This document shows positions 11,801 to 24,069 of a stretch of DNA of 64,000 nucleotides, one piece after another. Position 1 is the stretch's first letter, and every line of letters starts with the position of its first letter. The position numbers were made by a program, and so were the translations under genes. The notes under the pieces are model-generated. The model saw only the letters and a program-made list of their open reading frames with translations. It searched no databases and was not told the origin of the DNA. Source of the stretch: Podarcis liolepis. Taxonomy: Eukaryota. The stretch lies in NCBI GenBank assembly GCA_965112155.1, contig OZ218099.1; one strand, 5' to 3'.

Positions 11801-14579
11801 AACCATTATTTCAGTTGCACTGTTAATGTACATTTTACCTTAACTTAAATGGGATTTGTTCCCCAGATATATCTATATTGTATGTCTTATCTATATATGC
11901 ACTTACTCTCATGTTCTCTATGCATTGTGCTTTTGTGTCTGGCAGATTCTAAGTCCCATCCCACCCCCATATTAGAATATAAAAATTCTCAGATGTTTCC
12001 TTCAGTGCTATTATTCAAGACTTTTCCCCCTGGGGATGATAACAGAAAATGTTCAGAATGACATTGCTTGGTTCTTTCTTCCCAGTCATTAAAACTGCAA
12101 TAATATAGAAACATAACATTCCTTAGGCAAACACAAATATGCTGCATGATTCTTTTAGTTTGGAAAATGCATATTAGACTTACTAGCAGTCATATACAGA
12201 ACATATTTACAGAGCATTGATTGCAAAGATATTGTTAAAACTGTGCCGTATTATATAGTAATTTTGCCATAAATTTCACAAAGATGAAGAGAAAACACCT
12301 TAATTGCTGGCTAGTATGCATCCTGAAACCTGAAAAGATGGAGTGATTATTATGTGGAAATATAGACCAAACAAAACTGTGAGAGAGTATATTTTAGCTC
12401 AATTCAAAGGTAACCATGTATTTAAGTTTGCTTTATGCAACGATATTATGGTCCCCCACTTTTTAAAAGCTCAATCTAGTCTGTACACCTGTACACAGTA
12501 TTTAGAATTAATTAGCTCAGAAACAGGGTAGTCTGTCTATTCCTGGAAGCATCTTTTCCTTAATAACAAAAAGGACCTCATGGAGGTGATTGTTTACTTG
12601 CTTTGTCATCCCTGTGGGTAGAATTTCATCCTCTCATTGGCAAGGTCAGATAATATTATGGCTTGTACTATAAACTTCCAGATATCTTAAAGTGCAGTAC
12701 TAGGAACTGATTTTGTAGTTTTTATTATAGCTGACCTGTTGAACCAATGTGAGAAAAAAAGGTATTTTCTTTGAAGGCCTATAAATCCCGTGCATTAATT
12801 ACAAGGTCAATATTTTTCACACTCCTTAAACTTCATTTCTTAGAATAATAATGGGTGTTTGTACAAAGAAAATGAAAATCAGAATAAACCATGAATACAG
12901 CATAGCTCAGCTGTCACAAAATATGTCCTAAGCAAGGATTGTTTAAAACATGACTAGTCCAGTTGTGGATGACATCAAAAGGCAGATGATGCCCTGACTT
13001 GTGAAGTGTACTCAGCCCCAATGCACATGGAAAAACATGAGTCACGTGATCAGTATTTTTTACAAATACATCTTGATGTTCAAAATTCTCAACAATCATG
13101 TATGAACACTGGGTGCTCAGTTACCCCAATTTTAAAATTCTTTACAGAGGAAATGCTCAAACACTCATAGTGCTACTAAAAAGTTAGGTGGAGAAGATAC
13201 ACCAATAAATAAATAAACAAACTCTGCAGAACTGACTGGAAGATTCAACAATACTTAGTGGATTTAACTTTTTGCCTTTATTTTGTCCCACTGTTTCAGG
13301 AACGGGGACCATATAATAGTATGAATTACTTGAAGAAAAACGGGGGCATTTCTATGGTTCATGATTTTGAGAAAAATAAATCAGCTTCTTCCACCAGAAG
13401 ATGCTGGAGAATCCAGCTATTTAAAATAAATATTTCCCCCCCAGTACTCCCTTAAGTATTGCGTCTAAAAAGAAACACTTCTCAAACTGAATGCAATGGA
13501 ACTGGGTGAGGAAAACAACCCAACTCTTATGAGTTTATAAGCTGTCTGTCTTTTAAAATATATATTGTCTAAACAGCAGACATGATTCTATTCCATCTAT
13601 TTGATGTGGAAATGAGATACAAATCAAAACAGCAACTGAGAATCCGTAAGAGAGGTTTATACTAACAAGCAAACTGACACCAATTATTTGTATAGTCTTT
13701 ACCTGTCCCTTACATTTGGAAACATTTGCCACTGTTTTCTCTCTTCCACAGGGAAGGACTGAGCACCGAGAGAAAGCCACCTATGAAGTCACTTGCTGGC
13801 CCACTTACATTTGGCACTTTAGACTTAGAATGCTTCTAGACATTATGCTTCATGGCACACTGTAGCACATAGTTGGGAATCTCTCAAACAACTCTAAGGG
13901 TCATTGTCACACAGCACAGTAACCACTGTGCTGCATTAACTCTTTGCAATTTATCTTTCAAATGAAATGCTTTCAAGTTTCATGCAAACTCCTCACTCAC
14001 CCAAAACTTCCCTTCTCTACATCAGTAACACCATCTATTTGGGAAACCTCTGATACTCATCCGCATGGTATGACGGTAGGCACTACTTAATTTCAAGTCA
14101 ATGCATTTGACAGGTAACGCAGGAAGATGGTTTGGATTGCAAGTATAACACTTCTCTCCATCCAGGTAATGTTGTGTACGTTCCAGATGTGAAGAGAGGC
14201 ATGAGATACATTGCTCTTTGAACTCAAACCTATTTTCTTGCTTCCTCTTTCTGTGCTTAAACTTATGAGTGCTAAAAGGAGGGTGGAAACAACAGAATGA
14301 GGAAGTTTCAAATTCTGCCTCCAAATATCAAATGCTATTATATATTTAAAGGTCATGTTGTATACATTTGTACTGTAACTTAAATATTTCACAATTTTGC
14401 AAAGAAAACCCAAACATTACAAAACAGATTATAGAGTGGGCCAGCAACTAAGGTGTTTTAAAATAACTTTTTGTCCTGAATAGGTTTTTGTTTTTGTTTT
14501 CCCTAAGTCCCACATTTGGCTGTACAACCGATTTTGAAGAGAAATCCAGTTCTTGATAGCTGTGTGGCTTTATTTTGTT

Positions 14580-14969
<390 letters not shown>

Positions 14970-16463
14970 TCAGACTCAGCCAATCATCAAACAGGCAAGA
15001 CCCAAAAAGTCCAACTCAATGTTGGCCTACGGAAGTATGCAACTTAAAGTGGCATACATACATTTACTTGTGGGTCCTGTATTTTGAAAGCACAGGCAAA
15101 GACATTGTATGGCACTGTTAGTAGCCACATGTTTGTCTGGCAGATATCTCGGAAACTGGCGGCACTGCCACTATGTGTTTGCATGAAGTGCTGCACTTTG
15201 CTGGCCCAAAAGTTCTGTTCTGACAAGATTTCTCAGCATTTACAATTAGAATGAGCTCAAAAGAATGACGCAGCGATGAGATACATCAGGTATAACTTCT
15301 GCACTTCATCACAGGCCTTCTGTTTGGATGCAGTGTGAAATCCATTGGAACAATTTTGGAACTCTCATATCACTCTCATATCATATTTTGATATAAAGAT
15401 TAGATTCTGTGTTTAGAGAGAAAGCTGATGAGCTGTTTTACACCTGCGCTAGGACCTCTTTCAAGTTGCAATGCCCAGGATAACAGTGTTCAATTCATCT
15501 TGGAGCATCTCATCAGAACAGAAGGCTGGCCATGGCATTAGGCTGTACTTCAGAGGCAAGTCTAACCAGGCATTCATTTCAGAGTATAATCACATTAAAT
15601 CTCAACACTGGTTTTGGAGTATTATTAGTAACTTTTTAAAATGTGAGATTATATAGTATACTGTAATAAAAAATAATAATGCCATGTTGTTTCTGGCATT
15701 AACTATACAAAAGGAAAGTGGCAGAGCTCTCTGTTACTCTGAGGTAAATCTTTCACCACCTGCAATTTTTCCCTCAAAAAAGTTGCCACTTTGCTTGACA
15801 GGAGATAAGTACCAATCCTTAATTTTAATAGCCGTTATAAACCAGTTTTCTTATCAGACAATTAAATTTAAATTGATGCTGAATATTATGTTGACACATT
15901 TTATAGCAATTCAGTAAATTCTTTACATTTTCATTTGAAAGTATTTTGAACCTGCGGGTATATAATCCCTGCAAGTTTTCTTGAGTCTGAATAGATAAAG
16001 TGATGTGTTTTATTGGGCTGACTTCCAATGGTGGACAGATTCCATTTTCATTACATGAACATATATATAAATAGTTCAGAATAAACAGCATTTTTGTACT
16101 CTTTCACTTTAGCAATTCCTTACATGATTGTGAACTCAAGTGTGTCTACAGGATTCTTGCCCCATTTCACAGGTCCTCACTCACTTGCATCTGTTAATTT
16201 CTACTGCTAGAGGGCTTGGAGAATTTTAATTCTCGTTTGACAGTATGTATGAAAATTTTCTATGGAGAATATTTAAGGCAAGGGTTTCTCAAACTTTGTT
16301 TCTTATCAAATCTGATAGGCACACTACAGGTGACTAACGTGCTCACACATTTGCATTTGTCTGCTAACAGCTACAGACAACAGGGGCAATGTGTAATGAG
16401 TGGTTTGAACACTGCAGCCAAAGTTTTACATATTTATAGAAGGTTTATAGATTACCAGTGAGG

Positions 16464-16464
<1 letters not shown>

Positions 16465-16514
<50 letters not shown>
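16465..16514. repeat. (ATT)n microsatellite
   Basis: Read directly from the sequence. Confidence 0.95.
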
Positions 16515-16517
<3 letters not shown>

Positions 16518-17158
16518 GATTTAACTCATTAAATGTTTATCATGATATCATATTGAAAAGTTGTTTTAATTCAAGGATTCTGAAGTAAGCTGAATACGTT
16601 AAATTTGAAGTTGTGATGCTAAACCCATGTGGGACTTTGCTTCTTAATTTATGAACATTTAGGTTTCAACAGATCAAGGTGTAATTTAGTCAAAGTGATC
16701 CAATTTTGCTTTCCTATCAAAATCATGTGGAGCTGGGTATTGTTTGAAACCCCATATAATTTCTTTCTGAACACTGCAATTGAAAATCTGTTCCACAGTC
16801 ACAAAATATGCCTGTTGCATAGTTTATGTCTGAGCTGGAAGACGTTTACGGTCTAGCCTGTAACAAAAGTAACTTAATTCTGATCAGAATGCCTGGAGTA
16901 AGTTCTCTACCACTTCCCATCGAAACAAACAGCACATTATTTCTGCAGTCCCATAACAAACATTTATGTATGTATAAGCATAGCCATTTCATTTTACAAG
17001 ACATTACTACTACTCCGTCACTGAATTTTGAAGTCAGCCAGCCAATCCCAAACAGGAGTAAACAGGCAGGGGTGAATATTCCGCGCCCCCCCCCCACAGT
17101 GGATAATTGCATATTTCAACATGTATTTCGTGGCATCAAGCTTTATTAAAGAATTCAC

Positions 17159-17242
17159 CGTTTCGAAAACAGTAAATTCTTTATAAAGTTGTTCTTTAAA
17201 AATCATTTTAAAGCGAAGGAAGTTAGTCTTGTGACACAAAAA
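17159..17242 (-). CDS. GABRB2: Candidate cassette exon, 84 nt: FLCHKTNFLRFKMIFKEQLYKEFTVFET
   Basis: Acceptor gtatttgttttgcag|, TTTAAC branch-like motif about 40 nt upstream, donor ACG|gtgaat. Phase 0-0, no stop, several CpGs retained. I recognise no homologue. Confidence 0.45.
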
Positions 17243-18164
17243 CTGCAAAACAAATACGGCATTTTCAATTACATCCAAGGTTAAAGAACAGGAGCACTGG
17301 TTAATCTGAACAGCTATACTGGGGGTGGTGGGTTGGTTGGATGGGGTGAGTCACACAAGCAGGGTAGCAAAGCTATTTTAAAGTTTCATTTTCCATTTCC
17401 AGTCAGAGTCCAGACCTCAGAAGTTAAGCCAGTCTTCAGCCTTCTACACACTTCAGGTAAAATGGAACTGTGCACTTGGCCAGAGATAAATTTGCTTGAA
17501 TGTAAAATAGGGGTTGGTGTATTCTGACAAGGTCACTTTACAGAATATTGAGGGTATGAAACACTGAGAAAAAAGTGCCTGGTAATAAATATAAATCAAA
17601 TTCTCAAATGGCCAGCTTTGGAGTCTTCTATGGCTGCTGCGGAGATGCCATTAACGGTTGCTGCAATGTGAATAACTTGTCACACACCCAAAGAATTTAG
17701 GAGAAAAACAGCATATAAGCAATTTAGTATTACTCTTTTTTTCTTGTCAGATGTTTTTCTGCTGTTATCAGACTCCTTGTCTGATAACACCACAGTTTGA
17801 GAAGGCTGGAGGTCTCTACACCTTTTCCAAAGAGACATTGGAAATTACTACATAGCCGTAAATTAGTAATGGATGAACCTCCCAATTGATTTACTGTATA
17901 GCAGTTAGAAAGTGATTGCACATGTCTTCAAGCTTTTCCCCATTGGAAATTGGTCTACCTTTCATTTCCGAAACAGGAAATGCACAAGGTTATGATAAAG
18001 GATAAAAGGATGAAAAGCAAATTGACCTGATTTTTGGATCTGAAGTGAAGTTTTAGGAAGGCAACTGAGAGCATCATTGCAATACAGCAGGTTCACCCAT
18101 CCCTAATGAAAATGTATGCTTATAACTATATAGAAGCTTACAATACAACAGTGAAACACATTAA

Positions 18165-18512
18165 TTCTGCAGGGCGCCTTTTATCCAGACGGATCCCAAA
18201 GCGCTTTACAGATTTTTAGAAAGCGACATCACTTCACCAACAAGTGCAATCACCTCTCAGGCGAAATGGGGTGGCTATCTAACATCGCCAAACAACGCAT
18301 TGTATTTTAGTACAGGAAATGAAGAATGCTGTAGCCAATTAAAACTATGCAGTGGGTGGGTGAGTGGTGGGAATGGTTCAGAAGGTAGAAGACAACTTAG
18401 AATACAACCAAAACTTGGACAGGAGCCTGGCATTAAGATGCCAGTTCTTGCAAAAAGTGCCGTGGGATCTTTAATTGACCACTAATGGTCCAAGATCTCA
18501 CTAGTAAGTCTC
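18165..18512 (-). mobile_element. AmnSINE1 (DeuSINE) remnant: Deu domain and 3' tail
   Basis: Minus strand reads gtggtcaattaaagatcccacggcacttttt...attcttcatttcctgtactaaa...ggtgaagtgat...tgtaaagcgctttgggatcc...gataaaaggcgc, collinear with the AmnSINE1 consensus as I recall it. Confidence 0.8.
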
Positions 18513-18547
18513 TAAGGATAGAATCATTAGAAAACAATAAAATATAC

Positions 18548-18598
18548 CTTTGTTGAATACATTTCTGGACAATGATATGTGCCAATTATTCTTCTGTC
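18548..18598 (-). CDS. GABRB2: Cassette exon, 51 nt, chicken-type beta2L: DRRIIGTYHCPEMYSTK
   Basis: Acceptor ttttattaacttacag| and donor AAG|gtatat; phase 0-0, 17 codons, ends in the S-x-K PKC consensus. This fits the published description of chicken beta2L (a 51-nt exon with a putative PKC site). Confidence 0.8.
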
Positions 18599-19832
18599 CT
18601 GTAAGTTAATAAAATCAAGACCGGTTTCCATAGAGAAAAGGCAGCTGTTAGCTTTCATTAAAAATTAATGTACTATAGGCTATTATCATAAACGATGCAC
18701 TTTAATTAAAAGCACAGGGCAATCTGAGCCAACAATCAGCAGAAGTATATCCTTGGTTTAGAGGTGCTGTTGTTGTCTTGGCCCTGACATTGTAGACAAC
18801 ACAAATTTGTAATGGAAATGTACAGCCCCCGCACACACAAAAACCTGGTCATTTTTGACCAAGAAAGGAACGATGACATGTAAACGTTAGTTAGGAGAGA
18901 GGGGAACAACATGGGGATTTAAAAGGTGGTAGGGGGAAGGAAGTCTGGATGCTGATGTGGTTCTTCAGCCAAATAACAGGATTATTGATAGGGCAAGACA
19001 GACTTTATGTATAAAAAAAATCCACAGGGCAGGGAAAATAGGTAAACATGTGAAAGGGGACAAGTAACAAAAACAGAAGATGAATAGTGCAAAATATTAA
19101 CTTGAACATAATAATCATGGAGGTATCAAACAATCACTTTAAATGATAACATGATTAAGTGATAAAAATAGAATTCACTGTTGGGCCTAAAATCAGCTTG
19201 CAAAATGTAGACCACAGAGCATGGGACATTGCTGACCCTCCCAGCTCAAATAGCAGATAGACCTACATGGCAGGTGATTCCCAATATCTAGAAACTCCAA
19301 AATGATGGCTCTCTATAGGTGTTGACTCTTTAATATCAGCAGCACACAAATCTAACAAATTATTCAGGTATAAAATAATTATACCTATATAATAAAGTGA
19401 CAGTTTTTATTTAGTGGTTACATTAGTAGCTTTCTTGCTTTAAAAAGCAGCTTTATTCTTGAGATGCTTCTGTAGTGCACATTTATTATTTCAAACATGC
19501 ATCAAACTGACACAGTAAAGCCTTTCAGCCCTTCAATTCCATTGCCTGCAAGCAACTCACTTTTAAAACATGGACAAACGAAGCTGTCAATACAGTCATA
19601 CTTTTTTATTATTATCTCTGATTCTAAAATCAAATGGAACGAAGAAAACAATGTGTGAGAGCACTAATGCAACATTGTCAAAATTGGCCCAATTATTGGA
19701 TGGATTGTCTTATCCATTCAGCATTTCACCCCTAACAAAGCCCTTCAGTAAAAGATCTGACTGATCATTTCAAATCAGTATAAAAAATTTTTCTTCCAGT
19801 AGCACCTTAAAGACCAACTAAGTTAGTTCTTG

Positions 19833-19870
19833 GTATGAGCTTTCGTGTGCATGCACACTTCTTCAGATAC
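19833..19870 (-). ncRNA. Mirror copy of the minimal hammerhead, sense to the GABRB2 pre-mRNA
   Basis: Exact reverse complement of 20045-20082. Confidence 0.75.
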
Positions 19871-20044
19871 ACTGAAACAGAAGTTGCCAGATCCTTCTAT
19901 ATAGTGAGAAGGTGGGGAGGGGTGTTACTCAGAAGGGTGGTGGGAATGGGAGATAGGCCTATCTCCCATTCCCACCACCCTTCTGAGTAACACCCCTCCC
20001 CACCTTCTCACTATATAGAAGGATCTGGCAACTTCTGTTTCAGT

Positions 20045-20082
20045 GTATCTGAAGAAGTGTGCATGCACACGAAAGCTCATAC
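20045..20082 (+). ncRNA. Minimal type I hammerhead ribozyme motif
   Basis: GUAU CUGAAGA A GUGUGC-AU-GCACAC GAAA GC UC^AUAC. It has stem I GUAU/AUAC, the core CUGANGA and GAAA, and a palindromic AGCU stem III. Confidence 0.75.
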
Positions 20083-22479
20083 CAAGAACTAACTTAGTTG
20101 GTCTTTAAGGTGCTACTGGAAGAAATTTTTTTTATTTTGACTATGGCAGACCAACACGGCTACCTATCTACTACTCAAATCAGTATGTCTTCCTTACTGT
20201 CCTCCACTCTACTCTTCTTTTCCATGTCCGCCCTTCCCTTTTCTCAATTTATTTAAGACTGCTCCTTCTGTCAAAACCTTCTGCTTTCCTTTTCCTGCTA
20301 CCTTCTCAATTCCTTTTCTTCACCTGTGCTGTATAGTCTTATTCTAAACCTACTGCACTAGGCCATTTAGCCTATGCTGGACATGGATTGCTCAGTCAAT
20401 GGCAGTCAGAGAACCTTAGGATCAAAGCAGTTCAGTCCAGGGCAGCAAATGACTCTTTAGTTTGCTTGCCTTGTTGTTCTACAACAGTCAGTTCTTCCAG
20501 CTACTCTACAGCTATCACAACAATATACTGTAGATTATCCGGCCTCTCATTTTGTGCACTTGACCCATTTTAAGATTAATAAATTTTCTGAGAAATTGTT
20601 TCATCAATGTACAATTTACTATATAATTTTAACAACATCTGAAATAAAGCTGACTGAAATTAGATCTGCGTTTACAAATGTGCACCAATAGGTGTGTGTA
20701 ATTGCAACCCACTATTTGCCCAAATGATACCACTGCTTCTGTCAAAGCATTATGCAGTTGTACTTTTCTATACTGTCTGAACTGCTTTATTTAAACATTC
20801 TATTTGTGATAGCTGTATCGAAATTATTCTCTATAAAAAGATCTTGAACAACAACAACAAAAAAGTACTTTCTGAGAATTTTTCTGTCATGGCGAAAGCT
20901 AATTATTTAGCTCTCTGAAAGAATTGGAAGGCAGGCTTTCAGATTATGTAAGATAACTGATGTATCTTAAACAAGCAGAAGCTGGATACACACTGTCCTT
21001 GTGCAAATTAAAGATGGCATTCTGAGATTGTTGCTATGGACAGAGAGCTTTACACAGCTGACTTGACCTTTTTTCTGATGTCACCAGGAATAGCACTACA
21101 GACTGTATGGAGAAGTTACCTTGTGACCTTTTCTGTAAGAGGCCACAGGCAAAGTCTGCTGCCACCACTGCCTCACATTACCTTCAAAGCAAATTCTTAC
21201 ATAATGCTAATGGAGAGATGGAAAACAATGGCATGCACACTGCTGGTTTATAGAAAATTCTTACACAACAGCAATGCATAGTTATAAATAGTTGCTTTTA
21301 GGCACTTTCTTTTTTAAAAAATACAAATTCAATGCGGAAAATATGGATTAAAGTAGTCATTTATTGCAGACTGCTTTAATTTTGGCAACTCTCTAAACCT
21401 GCAAAGTATGCCGTATAGATTTTGACCACATTCTAAACCAGAGCTGGCTAACCTATAGCCCTGCAGTGCCCATTATCCCTGACTGTTTGCCATGCTTGTT
21501 GAAGCTGATAGGAGCTGGAGTCTAACAGCATCTGGAGGGTTACAGGTTTTCCATTCCTGTTTTGAACTGTAGCTTAACCATAAATATTTACATGGTGGAA
21601 AGTCATGGATACTTAAGCATATCAAAGCTTCATGATATCCTAAACAGTAGGAATAACTCAAGATAAAGGCAAACACTTAGTAGGATTCAACTAATGAGTG
21701 CTATAAGCAGGAACTCTGTGCAAGGACTTCCTCTAGCACAATGGGGTCCCCCACCCTCCAAAAGGATGTCCCTGGAAATTGGCTGGGGGGGGGGTTACTT
21801 TCCCAATACTCAATTTTTAAAGGCACTGGAATGTCAAAGGAAATGAAATTTCCTTTATGAATTCCCCATCCCTGTCATTCACAGTTTGCCACCTGACACT
21901 GATATAGCATCATCATACAAATACATTTGCACTTGTTGCACTTTTTCATTGGCATATTTGTGGAAACTGTAATGAGTGGACCAGCTCTATGCTACATTTA
22001 TTTCATTTGAATTTTTTGTTGTCATCGTGGGAGTGCAAAAGGGATGCAAACTTGATTGGTAGCTGGAGATTTAGTACTGAGCAGAACTGGTTCTATCTCC
22101 TTTGTGGCCAGGAAATCGGTAGCCTTTATACTGCAATTCTCTTTCCACTTTCTCGTGGACCTATGAAACTACTGAATGACACTGACAGCTGAAATGGGAG
22201 CCAAGAGCAACACAAAAAAGCTCTCTCACCATGTTCTTCAATCCTACCTTCACTAGTAAACTAAAACACAATCCTGGCTAAAGTCCCCCCAGGCTTGCTC
22301 TTTCTTAATTATGCCCCTCTCCCACCTCTTATTCTGGCTAGGGAAATTTAACAAAATGACCTGGAACCAGTTGCCTGAGATGGAGACACTTTTCAAACAA
22401 CATAGAAATACAAGAATACATGATACTAAATAAAAACACAAACTGATACCCCCCAAAAAAACATTTAAAAGGACATATA

Positions 22480-22720
22480 CAGTGGTACCTTGGTTTATGA
22501 ACTTAATCCATTCAAGATGTCCGTTCTTAAACTGAAACTGTTATTAAACCAAGGCGTGCTTTCCCTAATGAAGCCTCCCTCTGCCGGTGCCCTTCCACTG
22601 CTCAGATTCCGTTCTTAGACCGAGGTAAGGTTCGCAAACCAGGACACTACTTCCGGTTTTGCGGCGTTCGTAAACCGAATCATTTGTAAACAGGACTGTT
22701 CTTAAACTGAGGTACCACTG
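22480..22720. mobile_element. Tc1/mariner (Tigger-like) MITE
   Basis: TA|CAGTGGTACCT...AGGTACCACTG|TA. Confidence 0.85.
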
Positions 22721-23803
22721 TAATGTTAATCAGCCAAAGGCCTGGTTAAAGAGAAACTGGCGCCTAGTTCCTAAAGATATGTAATGAAGGCACCAGGTAA
22801 GCCTTAGTTGGTTGTTTCTGAGAGAATGAACAGGCTTCCAGGTTTTCAAGCACGCTGTCCGTAGATATGTGACATAATACAGAGACTACTGAGCCAAAGT
22901 TTATCATTATATGCAGAGTACTCTTAAATCACAGCCAACATGTCCACATAATATACCTTATCTAAAAGTGCAGATGCTGGCCACATCAGTTCAGACTGTA
23001 TTCTGAAGAGAGGTTTGCCTCATAGAATCAATAATGGAAGTTTTATTAACATATATTGAAATGATTTAATTGTCAAAGGAAGTGATTTCTATATGAACAC
23101 TTCTACAAAATAGCAGATCCTATTTGTGTATTATTGGACAAAGATATTGTGGGATAAAAGTTTAGACAAAAATAATAATAATGAGTTTATAAGTGAGTAG
23201 ACTTGAAAAACAAATAAATCTCAGGCAGTAAACTAAAAAGAAGTTTGCTAGTAGCAAAGGCAGTTGAACTTTTTCAACTTTTGCAACCAGAAAGAACATG
23301 TGCAAATCTGTACAATTATGTAAAAGAACTGAATCTTGGCACAGAATTCTAGGCTCCTTCTACTAAACGCTGCTTAGTAAAACTCCTTCATTCTCATGTA
23401 AATACTGTTGCTTACTAGGTTGTTATAAATTACTACTGCTGATATTACTGTTGCATCTTCATATAAGATAATAAGAGCATGCAAGGTGCATCAAACAGGT
23501 TAGAGCAGTAGCAAGAGAGAAGAGATCCCAAAACAGGAAATAAGGGAAGCTCAGAATGTTAAATCTCAGATAGGCATAAGCCCCAAAGAAGCTATCCAGA
23601 AAAAATTGCAGTGCTAAGAAATTATTGATAAATGATTTACATACTCTGCATGGAAAATGAAGAGAAAAAAATATTGCTCACTGAAGGAAACAGAGTTGCA
23701 CAATACCTGGAACAAAGCAAATCCAAGATGGTATGATATCCAAGCAGTGTGAAAAGTTTTATGGATTAAGATTTCATGTTGGCTTCAAGTATGAATGTGT
23801 ATG

Positions 23804-23807
<4 letters not shown>

Positions 23808-23857
<50 letters not shown>
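23808..23857. repeat. (TA)n microsatellite
   Basis: Read directly. It explains the spurious YIYIYI ORFs. Confidence 0.95.
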
Positions 23858-23859
<2 letters not shown>

Positions 23860-24069
23860 AACAACAAATGGAAGAACAAAGCTCAACCTCAGTATATTGG
23901 GAAATAGATTACACAAAACAAGTAACTGCTTACACACACACATATATACACACACAGAGAGTCTCATACAAATAAAAGACAAACGGAAATGCATCCAAAA
24001 ATAAACTTTTCAACTTTCAGGCACTCCTCAATGAATCTGTGAAAAACTAAGGAATACTAAAATAATCTA

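Larger units (their letters stand above)
8425..14579 (-). other. GABRB2: Probable long 3'UTR of GABRB2 (~6.1 kb)
   Basis: AT-rich and nearly free of recognisable transposons, unlike its flanks. Ends at an AATAAA preceded by a Pumilio motif. Mammalian GABRB2 also has a multi-kb UTR. The distal end is inferred. Confidence 0.6.
19782..20174. mobile_element. Young Penelope-like terminal insertion forming a perfect 336-bp palindrome (19790-20125)
   Basis: Arms checked base by base; centre gg|cc at 19957/19958 with no spacer. 12-bp direct repeat tcaaatcagtat at 19770-19781 and 20175-20186. Confidence 0.85.

Noticed and set aside
16812-16875. Strong-looking acceptor ttacttttgttacag on the minus strand
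   Set aside because: Phase 0 hits TAA at the fourth codon and there is no convincing GT donor nearby.
19561-19583. Possible 23-nt microexon (tgacag|...|gtgagt, minus strand)
   Set aside because: Weak polypyrimidine tract and a frame-shifting length; no further support.
23733-24004. YIYIYI ORFs, and similar poly-Ile or poly-Phe ORFs at 3138, 43838 and 55770
   Set aside because: Translations of microsatellites.
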